A DNA stretch of 64,000 nucleotides from the NCBI RefSeq assembly GCF_036321535.1, contig NC_087436.1:91142001-91206000 (forward strand), read 5' to 3'. Below are positions 1-13,039 of this stretch, in pieces. The stretch is from Camelus dromedarius (Eukaryota). Within the stretch, counting starts at the first letter, position 1. Each line of letters starts with the position of its first letter. The notes beneath the pieces were generated by a model. The model worked only from the letters and a program-made list of their open reading frames with translations, was not told where the DNA came from and did no database searches. A program made the position numbers and the translations under genes.

Positions 1-239
1 CCATTCAGAAGTAATTCTCCAATGTTTTGACCTCTTTTCCTTTGGTTGGCGGAAGCTGCATTTCTTTGCAGGTGGAGGGTAAGGACTCATTCATATAATT
101 CTAAAGTGACTTCTGTTTTTGATACGGAGAAGTTGCTACAGTGACAACTTACTTTATAGTGAGTCACAGGAGGAAGTAGGTGTGGTGATTAGAAATTATT
201 GGTGTAATCTTATACAGTGATTTTTGGGATGAGTCCTTT

Positions 240-510
240 ATTTGGCTCTTATTATTTTTTTTATTGCATTAAAAATTTTGTTTTTATTGAAGTGTAGTTT
301 ACAATGTTAGTTTCAAGTGTACAACAAAGTGATTCAGTTATACATGTACATACATACTTATATCTTTCAGATTCTTTTCCATTATATGTTATTACAAGAA
401 ATTGAATATAGCTTCCTGTGCTATGCAGTAGGTCCTTGTTGTTTATCTGTTTTATATATAGTAATGTGTATCTGTTAATCCCAAACCCCTAATGTAAATT
501 CCTAAATTAA
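240..510 (-). mobile_element. L1 3'UTR fragment (artiodactyl-type)
   Basis: T-tract followed by 'ttttattgaagtgtagtttacaatgttag...gttattacaagaaattgaatatagcttcctgtgctatgcagtaggtccttgttg', the reverse complement of an L1 3' end. Possible degenerate TSD ggatgagtcc/ggatgggtct. Confidence 0.9.
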
Positions 511-569
511 GGATGGGTCTTTCTGATGTTGATCCTGACTTAGAATAAAAAAGAAAGATTTGGCAGTAG

Positions 570-700
570 AAGTCTTTGGGCTGTAGTCTTAACCTTCATT
601 AGTATGCAGATTTGTTTTATTTTGTGCTAACTTCACTTTACTGGGCTTCATTTTTCATGTAGAAAATGGTGGAAATTGTTCTTTTTTATCTTACCTCTAT
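570..700 (+). mobile_element. MIR SINE fragment
   Basis: 'ctgggcttcatttttcatgtagaaaatgg..ttacctc' resembles the MIR core. Confidence 0.5.
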
Positions 701-1494
701 GAACTTTTACATATTACTCTATAACTAATATGTTTAAAGTAATCTGTGATGAGTAAAAATAGGATATTTGTTCTTATTTTAGTGTGTTGGACTGTCATTT
801 CTTAAAGAGAATGTGTTAGTATATCGATATTAATGAAACATTTGTTGAGGTTTCCTGTTCTCCACGAAGAAATTCTAAAGTCAAAATTAGAGACTTTTCC
901 CGGTTACCTTTGAGAAGTATTCTATAATTAAGATTAAGTTTGAATTTGAAATGGCTATGAGGTACTCCTTTTCATTTCAGTCAAGCAGACCTGTGATGGG
1001 TTGATTTAGCCTGTTTCACGGACAGTGGCAATAAAAAGATATATATTTGCTTTGTAGCAAGGAGATTTGGAACTTGTAAATGATTGTTCATGTTGCTGGT
1101 AAATGGAGCCATGAATAAATAAGTTAGGAAGTCCAGCATTGAAGTTTCTGTAGCTTTGTGTAATCATTTGCATTTCTTCTGCTGGACTGATGTGTTTCTA
1201 AGGCATGCAAGAACTATCAGAATATTTCACTTTTTACTTTCTGTGTTAGCGTGTTTGGATTGTAAAGCAAACTTAGTGGTTATTTCAAGCTGTCTGCTTT
1301 ATAGCTGACACTATCAAGCCATATTTATCATTATTGTAATTTGGTACTTAGCATTCATACTGTGAAGCTCTGTAATATCCAGTATTTTGTAAAACTAAAA
1401 AAAAAAAGGGATAACAGAATTACCTCACAGTTTTAGTACAAGCACCAGATCCTAGAGACTAATGGCTATAATTTATGTTAAAGTATATGCAGTA

Positions 1495-1970
1495 TTTTAT
1501 GGGTTAAATTGTGCCCCCTGCCCCTTTCCAGCCCAAAGGTATGTTGATGCCCTAACCTCTAGCACCTCAGAATCTGACTGTATATGGAAACAGGGTCTTT
1601 ACAGAGGTGATCAATTTAGAATGAGATCATTAGGGTGGGCCTAATCCAGTGTGACTGGTGTCCTTATAAAAAGGAGAAATTTTGGACATGGAGATAACAG
1701 ATGTGCACTCACACTGGGAGATCACCATGTGAGCACGAAGGTGGAGCTCACGCTGACACATCTACAGGCAAAGGAATGCTCCGGATCGTCAGCAAACCCA
1801 CAGATGCAAGGAGAGGAGCATGGAATGGATTCTTCCTCACATCCCTCAGGGAGAACTAAACCTTCCAACACCTTGATCTCCGACATCTAGCTTCCAGAAC
1901 AGTGAGATAATACACTTCTGTTGTTTAAGCCATCCGGTATGTGGTACTTTGTTATGGCAGCCCCAGCAAA
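1495..1970 (+). mobile_element. MaLR solo LTR (MLT1B/C-like)
   Basis: 'tatgggttaaattgtgcccc..ttagggtgggcctaatcca..cttccagaacagtgagataatacacttctgttgtttaagccatccggtatgtggtactttgttatggcagccc' carries MLT1 hallmark motifs. Confidence 0.9.
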
Positions 1971-2099
1971 GTGCTGCAGTCATTTCAAACTCTAGTAACA
2001 AATCTGGGAAAAGTTGGAAATGCACTGGTTTTAAAACTCCCTGTGTTTTTTCAGACAACAGACTCCATTCTCGATCATTCCAAATGGAAAAGACATTTG

Positions 2100-2420
2100 A
2101 AGTATAATGTCGATAGCTCACAGATGTTCGGGAGGTCTGAGCTTCCAGGAGTGATTCCCATCCACACCACAGAAATATGGTTGCTACAGGTGGTGCTGCC
2201 TTGCAGTGATGTGGGAGCTCAGAATTAGGCAACTGCCATGCAGCTGCAGAGTCTAGCCACATAACCTCTGCCGTGATCTGTAACAGGGAAAGTAAGGTCA
2301 CCAGCAAACTGCCAGTCTCCCCTTACTCCTCAGTTCACAAGTGTCTGGTTGTGCAACCTGAGTCACATATGGAACCCTAGCTGTAAGAGAGTGTAGGAAA
2401 TGTAGCTTTAAAACCAGAAG
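2100..2420 (-). mobile_element. Old MaLR LTR fragment (MLT1K/N-like)
   Basis: 'gtcacatatggaaccctagctgtaagagagtgtaggaaatgtagc' is typical of ancient MLT1 ends. Confidence 0.5.
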
Positions 2421-2489
2421 CAGTAGTAACAAATCTTCATGGCACATCATCAGCATTGGTCTGAGTAAGCTTATTTATTATTTTTATTA

Positions 2490-3090
2490 TTATAAAAAAA
2501 TTTAAACCATTCAGTTTTTACCACTTTACCCCATAAACACCATTCTAATGTATTTAATGTGTATCCTTATATTTATGTATTCCTGAAAAATGTATATTGT
2601 TTTATTTTTCTTGTTGTTAATTTACACATTTGTGATTTTTTCATTAAGATCTCATTTTCACACGCCCATCTAAGCTAATTGGTAATTTCTGACTGCTGCA
2701 GGTTACTTCCTGGTGTACATTTTACCTAAGTAACCTCTCCTCCGTTGATCTACACTCAGATTGCCTTCAATCTGATCATGGCCAACTCCACTGTTGACCT
2801 ATGTGAGAATTCTTTGAAATATACCTCAAGGCGGGGTGAGGGGGAGATTACCAGGTCATTGGAGAGGCACAGACTTCATTTGATGAAGTACCATCGGATC
2901 GCTTTCCCAAGTCAGTGCTCCATTCTTCACTTCTAAGAGCAGTTCTTGAGGATTCTATCATCTCCATTTCCCTGCCAACACTTGGCAAAATTCTGTTTTC
3001 TAAGTGTTGCAAAAATAGATGAAAAATATTTCATTGTTGTTTTAAATTTCATCTCTCTAATTACTGCTGATGGGAATATAGTTTTTGGCT
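2490..3090 (-). mobile_element. Ancient L1 (L1ME-like) 3' fragment
   Basis: 'cattcttcacttctaagagcag..ggattctatcatctccatttccctgccaacacttggc..tttcattgttgttttaaatttcatctc' is the antisense L1 ORF2 end and 3'UTR. Confidence 0.7.
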
Positions 3091-4599
3091 CTTTAGTCAT
3101 TGTCAATTAGAAGTGTATTGGAAAGATTCTGAGTAAGCCTTTCAAGAAGATTCATTACAGTCTATCTCTTTGTCCACTTTCTTCTTCCATTAAACCACAG
3201 CAGTAGTATCACCAACGATGCTCCTGCTTAACTTGATGAAATTGCCCCTCATGCAAATGAGTATTTTCCTGGCCATCCTCACAGAGAGGAGACCCAAGGT
3301 CTCACCAGCCCTGCCTCCATCTTTGGGTGATGTACCGTATGTTGTATGAGGTCCGAATGTGACTCCATTGGGACCGTCAGCTTTGAGTTAGTATGTTAAT
3401 TTATAAATTATTTGTCCTCAGTGCACTCAGTAAACAATGCCAAATAGGAGTGGGATGATTTGACAGAAAGGGCTTTTGTTCTAAAAGGGGGAGAATGGGA
3501 AACGCATAGCACCTCAGGTCCACAGCAAGTCCCACCTTGCAGACAGCAGAGACTCCCTTTATTGGCAACAAAGTGAATTCCTTGTTAAACCTCTCTGGCA
3601 GCACCTGGTTCTGCCTATTGTCCTTTATGGTCCCTTTCTTTCCCTTTCCCTTCTGGGAGATTCTTTCCTGTTAATTGTCCTCTGTAGCCACATCTGAGGC
3701 CCGCGTTGGGCAGTACACCCTCTTTGTAGCTGCACAGATTTCGCAGTTCATTGCTAACTTTGCAGATGCAGGGGTTTGCAGGTTGGGCTTCAGAGTTAGA
3801 TAGCCAAGACTATTGCTGGCCAGTCTTTCAGTTTCTTCAGCAAAAGAATTCCTTCAAAATTGTAGTGCACTTTTGGTCAGTTTCATGAGTGGATTAAGAG
3901 CAAAGAAAATCTTGTGTTTTGTCACTTTTAGGCCTGAAGACTCTTTCTTTTGTGGGCTCTGTGAATCACTCATTTCCCCCTCTGTTAAATTGGTGGTCTA
4001 GGAGGATGGGGCCAGCTTCGTCAGCAGGGCAGCCACCCTTGTGTGGAAGAGTTGTACCTCTCTCCTTTGACTGGTGAGAGACTTTGTGCCCCTTTGACAC
4101 AGCCCATTAAGTCCTTGGTAGATGACTTGCAGTTATGTAGCTACAACTTTTAACTACTTTCGTTTGTTGTGTAGAATTAGCTGGATTTGTTAAATCCATA
4201 ATTTTCCAGATTGTGGAATTGCCCTTCAACTTGTCTTTGGGGGAAAGGGAGAAGAGAGTGCCTCCTTTAGAAAAGCTGTGTTCTTTTCTCTCTTCTGGAA
4301 GGTTTGCTAGGTGGGTCTTCTAAGATTTTGTGGAAAGTGGCAGGAAACCAATACTACACACGAATATTCTGACATTTCCTACATTTTATCTCATGCTATG
4401 GCTGTCATTGGCATATATCTACCTTCTAAGGTACCAATGTAGCATAATTGGACCAAATGGTCTCCGTCACATAATGGTCATTGTCTGTGTTTTCATTTGC
4501 AACATCTTTATCCTGTGTCCAACCACCTGACTGCTTTCCTGCTACATTAAACCAGTGTCATAGTTTAGTTTTTTTTAATTACAGCAAGAGCCACATTCT

Positions 4600-5000
4600 C
4601 TAGTCTAAGTTACATTTATCAGCTGCATAAAACCATATGCTCTCTAGTTAGTTTAAGCTGAAAGGGATTTGTTAAGGATCCAGATGATGTCTCACAGAAT
4701 CATAGGAAGGACTGAAGAATTAGACTCCAGGAGGCAAGACTTCCAGCCCCTCTGGAGGACTGGCCACTGATGGGCTGCTGCCTTTGCCACAATCAGCGAT
4801 CTCAGACCGAGAATCTGCTAGCGCAGCTGCAGACTCCTTCCCCTGCAGTGCCCTGATGCCCCGCTCCCTGCCTCCCCTGAGTTCTGAATCAAAGTCTGTC
4901 GGAGGACAACTGGTTCATGCAACACGGATCCATCTAGAAGCCCATCTCAGTGGAATCAGGAAATTTGGTTTCCAGGTCTCTAGCCTCGTCATGCTAGTTT
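4600..5000 (-). mobile_element. Old MaLR LTR fragment (MLT1L/N-like)
   Basis: 'ctctctagttagtttaagctgaaagggatttgtt..tctcacagaatcataggaaggactgaaga' resembles ancient MLT1. Confidence 0.45.
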
Positions 5001-5429
5001 ATAGCAGGCCTGTCTGATGTGACCCGCATACCCTGTGCCTCGTGTGACTTTGAGAAGAACATCTGAAAGACGGTACTTTTTACTGAAATGCCTGCAAATA
5101 TTCGTATTCATACATAGTGTACAAAGACATCATTGCATAACTCCTCTTATGGGAATTCTTTTATGTACTAATGTGTGTGTGATAGAAAGGAGCCTAGTAA
5201 TTTTAATCGCATCATTTCAGTGCAAGCCATCAGTGAGGAACAAGTATAAAGAGTAGGATGTCAGCCTGGAAGATAAAAAAATATATATACCTGAGGAATA
5301 TAGATATTGTGGAAGTATGTGATTTCAAAATATGCATGTTTGAGTCTAGGAGAAATGAGTATCTGCTAAATGGTTAGACAGCTGTAGGCTAGTAATGCTG
5401 AAGTGCATATGGATTCTGGCAAACATTGG

Positions 5430-5620
5430 AGAAAATCAGAGGACCTTGGCTAGCCTTCTGCCTCTGTCACTTTTAAGTTATTGATTTCATGACAGTCACT
5501 TAAATACTTTGAGGTTATGTTCTCATCTCTCATCTGAAGAATGATTTCAGTATAAATGAGATGATACGTGTCAGGTGTTTTTAGCCCCTCAGTTGAGTTG
5601 TCTGGTATAAATTGAACCAG
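5430..5620 (+). mobile_element. MIR SINE fragment
   Basis: 'agtcacttaaatactttgag..ttctcatct..aaatgagatgatacgtg'. Confidence 0.55.
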
Positions 5621-6224
5621 TAGAATCAGCACATAAATTGCCTTGAGATAAACTAGGAGGAAAAGCTGATTAAGGTGCTGTCTCTCTCTCCTAACAGGTG
5701 AGATACAAGCCGAGGGCTCTACCCCAGCCACTTGCCAGACAAATAACTTTCACATGGCACGGGAATGTGACTTTAAGTCAGGGGAGTGCAAGATATAGGG
5801 AAGATGGAAAAAAAGTACAGGCAACAGAAATGCTTGTACAGTGTAATAAATAATCCCACAAAAGCTCATGAATGACAGCAATTACTAGTTGACTTTAAAT
5901 CCCCAGAGAAATTCACTGTTAAACTTGATGCAGATTTTTTTTTTCTTGCCAATCAAGTTAAGGGGATAATTTCACGTTAGATCTGCTCTCCCTTTCCTGT
6001 GGAGTGAAGTCTCACACTGTGTCTGACACTGTGTCTTGATTGAAGTAGTAAAGAGTGGTATGTACTAGTCTGGGTTTTTAAACAAAATTAAAACTGGCGA
6101 TTTCTTTAGTTAGAGGGGGTGATTTTTTAAAATTAGGTTTACTTTCCACACCTTACTCAGTGAAGCTTCACACTGTGTCTGGCACCAAATCGTCACTTAG
6201 CAAATGTTTATTGATTTAATTAGG

Positions 6225-6520
6225 GAAGCTGTGTGTTGGGTGATTAGAGACATATTATGACTGGGTTTAAGGAGGAGGGCTCTGGCGTCAACCAGGGCTA
6301 CAGACATATCCTAACTTTTTAAATTAATAACTGTGTGACTTTGGGCAAGTCATTTATTGTCCCCAAACATTGTTTCCTCTTCTGTGAAGTTATCAGAATA
6401 ATTGTACATATTTCAGAGGGTTCTCTGAGGATTAAACGGTATAATGCATATAAAACTCTTGGCACAGCATCTTATTCAAAGTCAAGATTTTCTAAAGTGG
6501 ACTATTTTACTTATTATTTA
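6225..6520 (+). mobile_element. MIR SINE
   Basis: 'ctgtgtgactttgggcaagtcattt..tttcctcttctgtgaa..gaggattaaacggtataatgcatataaaactcttggcacag'. Confidence 0.85.
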
Positions 6521-6524
6521 TAAA

Positions 6525-7000
6525 GAACAATGGCAGTAAGGAGGAGGTGGTTATTGCCTGAACTGAATAGCAGGTTCAGGGAAGGCATCAGAGAGAAGGT
6601 GACATTGCAAATGATGGGCTGAACAGTGGGTGTCAGTGTGAGAACTTGGGAGTATTAGAGAATAGGTTGGTCTGGCTGGATCTCAGGGAAGGTGTTGGGG
6701 GAAAATCTGGAAATGCTGGCAGTGGAAAGATGGTGCGGTACATCTTAGATCGGCCAAAGGATTTTAAATCAGTAAAGGACATGATTACATATGCATTTTC
6801 AAGAAGCAACTATGGCAGCAGAGTGAGACGTGGAATTGGGGAAACTGAAGTTACTTGATTAGCTGGTGGTTACGGGCAAGGTTCAGGCTGGAGGTGAGCG
6901 GATGTGCTCCGGTGGAGACAGGGAGTAAGGGGTGTATTCTAGTGCTGTGCAGGTGGTACAGTCAATTGAACTCTGGGAGGAAAGAACTAAAGCATCTGGC
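6525..7000 (-). mobile_element. L2 LINE fragment
   Basis: 'ttcagggaaggcatcagagagaaggtgacattg..gacatgattacatatgcattttcaagaagcaactatggcagcagagtg' is purine-rich antisense L2. Confidence 0.7.
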
Positions 7001-7529
7001 AGCTGGCTGTTGAGTCATTCATTTCCTTCGCCAGGAGAATGTTTTGGAAGAAAGACAAGAAGGCAGGGGACTTGCTCTAATCTTCTGGTCAACTGGCTCT
7101 CCAAGTAAATAGATGAATGATATTTTTCTAGGAAGAAGAGATCTTATCTAGAGAACATCTTTACCAAATGATCTTGGCTAAAGGATGACTTATAGTCAGT
7201 AATTACAGAATTTATAAGGTGTGGATCCCTGGAGGATACCATATGAGCTATTCATTTCTCTGGGCATATAAGATGTAGAAGTTTTACAACTTAGTATATC
7301 TTTGTCTGTGTGGGGAGCCCCAGAAAACTTCCCTTGAATTCCTCATTGATCATTCTAGGCCAGAGAGTGAATGCCCTGTGTGGGAAGGAAGGAGTCAAGG
7401 AGCCACGTGGGATGTCCCAGACCACTCTTTGTTTCATCTATGCCTTTCTTCTTTAAATTATTAGTGAAACTTGATACTCTGATCTCTGTTTCATGGGCAT
7501 CCAGTGTGATCATCTGATCCTGTGTCTTA

Positions 7530-8200
7530 GTTCAAACGTTTTGACCTATTGGATGTAAGGAATAGGGAGAAAAATATGGAGGATGAGTCCAGTTGGTGAT
7601 TATCTTAACTGAGATACTGGAGGAGGGAGATCCTGTACGCATCCCTAAGGAGCAGATGATAAGGTCAGTTTTAGACCTGTTAAATTTGAGGTGCCTGTGT
7701 AATTTTCAGGTGATTCTATCTCAAATGCAGGCACTGGAGATTAAATGGGTGATCAGTAAATTTGGAGAAAAAGAGAACCGTGCTGAGGCTGTTGAAGGAA
7801 TAGGTAGTTAAAGAGAAGGTGGTGAACAATACTGAGAAAGGCCTGTCAGACATTAGAAGTATCAGAAGAGAGAAGTGGTTGTGGAATCTATGGGAAAAAA
7901 GAGACATTTTAAGCACAAAGAAGTGAGTTTTAAGCAGAACAGTATAAATGCTTCAGAGAGTTGACCGTCGATTAAGACTGAAAACATCAATTAGTTTTAC
8001 CAATTAGGAACTCATTAGTGATTTTAGAGATAATTAAAGAAAATTATAAATTTGTAGTGGTAACAAATTGTGTGATGGGGAGATAGTCTCTGGAGTGGAT
8101 GCAGAAGTAGAAAGGGTAGATAATGAGGTTCATCCAGGCTTGCAGCGTCTTGGTGCGGGTGCTGTGAAGAACAGAGCAGAACTAGTTAAGGATGCTGATA
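7530..8200 (-). mobile_element. L2 LINE fragment
   Basis: 'gatgataaggtcagttttagacctgttaaatttgaggtgcctgtg..gattaagactgaaaa..ggaactcattagtgattttagaga'. Confidence 0.75.
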
Positions 8201-8299
8201 AATGTACTCATTGATGCTACTAGTTTCTGTCTCCAGGATCGGTAAAGAAATCAATAAAGCTATGATAGTCCAAGGGACTCACAGTTGGTTAGAACTAGG

Positions 8300-8408
8300 A
8301 TGTTGGTTAAAATTCTATATTTGTTTTATACTGAATTAGGATCTCTGGGGGGTGGTGCCTGAGTATAGTCTTTAAGCAGCTTTCCAGATTAATGTTCAAG
8401 AACTTCTC
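8300..8408. mobile_element. MER5-like hAT MITE fragment
   Basis: 'tactgaattaggatctctggggggtggtgcctgag..ctttaagcagctttccagatt'. Confidence 0.55.
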
Positions 8409-8439
8409 TAATTATAAACAAGTGGGTACTGAGAAAAAT

Positions 8440-8680
8440 TATGGGCTTGCTAAAATACTAAGTTAAAAAATAGGACAGAAATCTGCATGCATAGAATGCT
8501 GATAATTATATTTAAAAAGATGCAAGTCTATGTTCCATGCATTTAAAAGTCTGGAAGGAAGTGCACTTAATTATTTGTAGACTGTAGGATTTTAAATAAT
8601 TTATCTTTTTGTAAATATTTTAATTTTAGCTTATATATCTTTTATAATTAAAAATAAATTACAATTATTTAAAAAATTGG
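8440..8680 (+). mobile_element. Ancient L1 (L1ME-like) 3' end
   Basis: AT-rich 'aaagtctggaaggaagtgcac..ttttaaataatttatctttttg..ttataattaaaaataaa'. Confidence 0.45.
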
Positions 8681-9399
8681 TAGCTAATAAATGATCTATT
8701 TCTAAATGCTGGATTATAGATACAGAGATTGAAAGGATACTGTCTTAAAGGGAGTGCTTTAATAAAGATAGAAGGAAAAGAACATTAAAGCCCTTTTATA
8801 CTGGGATAAGGTATAGAGGGAAAGATATCTGAGAGCAACCTGGAGTAAAAGCAGAACTTTGTGAAAAATAAATTCCATGTACATCATAATTTTGCCTCGG
8901 GTGGTCCATCCCCTAGAAACTACAGATGTTCAGGCTCTCAGCTTCTACTTACTTTTTTGATCAAGACCTAAATTGTTCAAGTATCATGAGAAAAAAAATT
9001 TACAGATCACTCTGTAGAATCAGTGTGGTGATATAGAGGGAGCATCAGTCTGAAAAAAAGTCCGAGGTCATGAATCCAGCTGTGTTCAGAAAATCCCAAA
9101 GGCCACCTTGGAGAAATGGCTGAAATCTGCCATAGATTCCTGGTTACCTAGGAGTATGTCTGTCAAAAGCTATCCTGATAAGGATTGAGTACAGGAGGCC
9201 AGAATGCTTCCTAGAAGACTTGAACTAAGGAATTTTTTTTTGTTATTGCATTTTGACAAAGCTAGTGGTATGCCCAGTATTATCAGAGCCAGATGACTAT
9301 GTCAAATTCATAAATGTTTCTTGAGTAATTATTATAACCTGGACTCTTTAAAGAGTCTAAAGAGGGATATTAAAATGTATATACGTGTATATCATGAAT

Positions 9400-9960
9400 A
9401 TTGTCCTTAACTTTCAGAGAGCTTACAATATAGGTGGTGTTTTTGTAAACAACAAATGAGACCTTTATCCTGAAAATAATGACAGACATTAAAGATACTG
9501 AGGCAAAAGAAAAGAGGAAGGGAGTAAATTATAGCAAAAAAAGCCTTTGTGAGGTGATTGCCAGAGTCCATGCATGAGATGGCCCTGGCTTGAACTGAGC
9601 TGATGATAATTGGTTTGGAAAAGAAAGGAATGCATGAAAAACATTGTGAGGAAACAATCATTAGGGCTTGTGGACTGCTTTCTGACTCCAAGGGAAGTGG
9701 GGAGGTGGAGTCCCTAACATAGACTTCTCCTCTGAGTGCCATACCTACTGATATCCCAGCTTCTGTTCACCATTTCTATGAGAGTATGTGAGTGACATGT
9801 CTGATTTACTATGTCCAAGTAGTTAACAAGTTTAAAACTCATAATCTCCCTCTTCTTTCACTCCTACCAACACCTATGTTAATTCCAGTGTTGTCCCTTT
9901 CAGTAAATGGCCGTTTTAAGCATTCTGATATAGAAACCAGAAACCATGACCCATTTCTGT
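9400..9960. mobile_element. L2 LINE fragments (opposite orientations either side of about 9710)
   Basis: Antisense L2-like 9400-9710. Sense L2-like 'acttctcctctgagtgccatacc..gtttaaaactcataatctccc..tagaaaccagaaacc' from about 9720. Confidence 0.55.
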
Positions 9961-10009
9961 ACTTGTTTGTCTTTTAGAATTGGAAGGAATTGCAGGTATT
10001 TGCTAGTTT

Positions 10010-10180
10010 AGAAGTATTTAACCTAAGGTGCAGGGACCTCTGGCAGATCTGTGAATGCTCTGACATTTGATTCACAATTTTCTGTGCACAATCATCGGAG
10101 GATTTTTAGGAGAGAAGAAGGTTCCTGGTATTCATGAGATTCTCAAGGGGGTCTAGAATCCAAGAAAATATCGCTAGCAC
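10010..10180. mobile_element. Probable hAT/Charlie-family MITE remnant
   Basis: 'ttaacctaaggtgcagggacctct..ttcatgagattctcaagggggtctagaatcc' resembles Charlie-type MITE ends. Confidence 0.4.
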
Positions 10181-10189
10181 TAACTGATA

Positions 10190-10330
10190 TTTTGGTTAAC
10201 TTCCTCACTCATGGATGAGGAAACTGAAACCCAGAGAATGTAAGTGACTTTGGCACGGTCAAAATTCTGGCTAGACCCTAAGGTGGAACTCAAACCTAGG
10301 CCCCAAATTCCAGGCCACTGTTCTTTTCCC
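10190..10330 (-). mobile_element. MIR SINE
   Basis: 'gatgaggaaactgaaacccagagaatgtaagtgactttggcacggtca' is the MIR core. Confidence 0.8.
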
Positions 10331-10729
10331 TTAACACATTTGGTGGTCAAAATCAAATTATTTTCAGTAGAGGTCATCACTTCTTATCCCAAATGAAACT
10401 ACACTGATAGTAACCTAAGCCTGAAGGTACTTACCCTTTGCTGTGCATAAGCACAGGAAAATTCTCTGTTTATAATTTATTTCAAATTCAAACAGATTAT
10501 GCTTATAAGCAAACTTTTAAAATTGTTATTTTTATCAAATTTCACATTTATGTTTTAAAATGCTATGTTGGAATGAGCTTCTTTTAACTTGTCGGCACAA
10601 GTTAATTTCCGTTATGTTTCATGTGCTCTGATCTGCCTCTGACTTATGATTCTGTTATTACCCAGCCTAATTCTGGCCGATTTTACTATTCGAAGTAACA
10701 ATCAGGCTTCCACTATTATGACAGGATGT

Positions 10730-12800
10730 CAAAAATGACAAAGGAAACATTGCAAAAACATTTCTTTTATTAAATTCATAGTTTTACTTTTATATTAAGG
10801 TCTTTTGACCATCTGGAGTACTCTTTTGTATGTGATATTTAAAAGTAGAAATATAGTTTTATTCATTTTCGTCTATCTACTACATAGAAATTTATCTCTT
10901 ATTACTACAAAGAACTTTATCCTTTTCCCTTCATTTATGCTACCGCATTACTTATCACCTTGATTTATGAAATTCCCTTTCTTGTGTAATGATGTATACT
11001 ATATGCTTCAGTCTCTGAGTCTCTCTGTTTTGTTCCATTTGTTTAATTTTGTTCATACTACACTATTTTTTATTACTGTGGTTTTATGTATTCTTCCTTA
11101 AATTGATTCCTATTTTGTAGGTTTTCTTCATTATTTCTATTATGAAGGATATTTTATTTCTCATTATATTCTGCAGCTGGTTATTTGATTATGTCTAGTG
11201 TAGAGAAGTGTTTATAATTTTTATAAATTGATCTTGCATTTGTATTTGATAAAACTTTTTTTTTTCGTTTTAATAGTTTGTCTAATGGTATCATTTTTTT
11301 CTCTTATAGACCATCATATTATCTAGAGAACAGTTTTATGCCTTCCCTTCCAATCTTTGTACTTTTATATCTATGTCTTTTTTTTATACCACTTGCCAGG
11401 ATTTATAATACTATCCAAAGCATATGTAATTTTGCAGTTTCTTGGACCTCTTGCAGTTCCGTAAGTCCCCTGAAATTCAATACACAGGTTGATATGAATG
11501 CCTATCTTAATTGTAAAAGAAATGTGTCTAAAATTTTTCCTTTAAATGTAGTGTTTAAGCATGTTTGCTTTAGGTATGAAGTTCATAACCATCGTCAATT
11601 TTAGGCTATTTCCTTCTATTCCTAGTTTTCTAGGGGTAGGTTTTTTTTTTGATCATAAATACATTTCAGGTTTTATGTAATCCATTTACCTACATCTCTT
11701 GAAATAATTATATGTTTTCTTTATTATATATTTATTTATTGATATGGTAAATTATATTGCTGCATCTTTTTATACTAAAATATTCTCCCAGTTCTGGGAT
11801 AAATCCTACTTGATCATATTAAATTTTATTATAATATACCTTTCATTTGGCTAATATTTATTTTGGAATTTGCATACATTTGTAACTGAACAGGCCTATG
11901 CTTTTCTTTTTGTACTGTCTTTATCTAATTTAGAATAAAGATTACAGTAGCCTGCTAAAATGGGCACCGTTCCCTCTCTCTGCTTTTCCTTGAAAGGTAA
12001 GAATTATCTGTTCCTTGATGTTTGGAAGAATGCACCTGAAAATCAGCAATGCCAGAGAAGTTTACAGAGGAAGGGACTTTGCCTTTTTAATTTCTTTAAT
12101 ACTTATTACTGTATTCAATTTTTAATATTTCCTTTTATACTAATTTCATATTTTGTATTTTTCCAGAAATATATGTTTTGCCTATGGTTGCATGTTTAGT
12201 ACCATATGGGTGCTTATAATATTCTTTTATCATTTTAATATCCTTTTGTGTTTACAGTTATTTCTTCCTCACTTCTGTTTTTTATTTATCTTCTCTCTCC
12301 TCTTTCTCCCTCCTTTTCTCCCAAAACTAACTGCCAGAGTCTGTTTATCTATTAATCTCCTAAAAGCTTTTACTTTTTTGTTTTCCCTCATTTTTGGTGG
12401 GTTTGTTCCCTGTGTATTGATTTTTGTCAGTGTCTTTATTATTTTCTTTCTCCTCCTTTCTCTCGGTTTGCCATGTTGTTCTTTTTCCCACTTTCCAAGT
12501 TCAAGGCTTGGCTTATTTTTTTCCAGCCCTTTTTCATTCTTGATGAGTGTACTTAAATTTCCACTTAAATGATACTTTATAAGTGTCATAGACATGTTGA
12601 TAGGGATTATTCAGTTTGTACTATTTCATTTCTCTTTTCTGTTTTAGGATATGTCATTTAGTAGTATTTGACTTGGTTCTAGATACATTTTTTTCAGTTC
12701 CTCTTTTTTAGTGGTTGCTAGTTTTTATAGCTTTGGGTCAGATATTTTTGATATAGATGCTGTTAATACCGGCTTCTTTCTGGAAAATGGTGTGGGACAG
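10730..12800 (-). mobile_element. Ancient L1 (L1M/L1ME-type) ORF2 fragments
   Basis: Long T-rich antisense L1 text such as 'ttccttctattcctagttttctagg', 'ctgggataaatcctacttgatcat' and 'gtttggaagaatgcacctgaaaatc'. The minus ORF 12269-12595 is K-rich and ORF2-like. Confidence 0.8.
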
Positions 12801-13039
12801 ACAATAATTCTCTTAAAACAATACTTAGGAGAGGCAAGAGCAGGATCCCTCCCCAAATTATCTTCTGATTCTGTGCCTAGCCACGCCCTGCCACATGGTG
12901 TTATAATCCCACAAGAATTTTCTCATAGTTTAGAGAAACTATGAGAATCTATGGTTTCCTGTGTCTTTTGTCCTAAGGGTGAATTTTGGGGGAAGCAGCA
13001 GTAGCCTGGGCTAGTTTGCCATCTTCTCAGGAATGAGGA

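Noticed and set aside
72..78. 7-nt segment between ttgcag and gtaagg
   Set aside because: Too short, not frame-preserving, and expected by chance.
1462..2307. ORFs of 60-153 aa
   Set aside because: Largely derived from MLT1 LTR sequence, with no recognisable protein family or exon structure.
10430..10475. Minus-strand 31-nt exon-like segment ending in gtaagt
   Set aside because: The acceptor lacks a pyrimidine tract (ataaattataaacag).
12153..12595. 139-aa hydrophobic ORF (+) and 108-aa K-rich ORF (-)
   Set aside because: They lie in a T-rich antisense ancient L1, so composition explains the apparent membrane protein.
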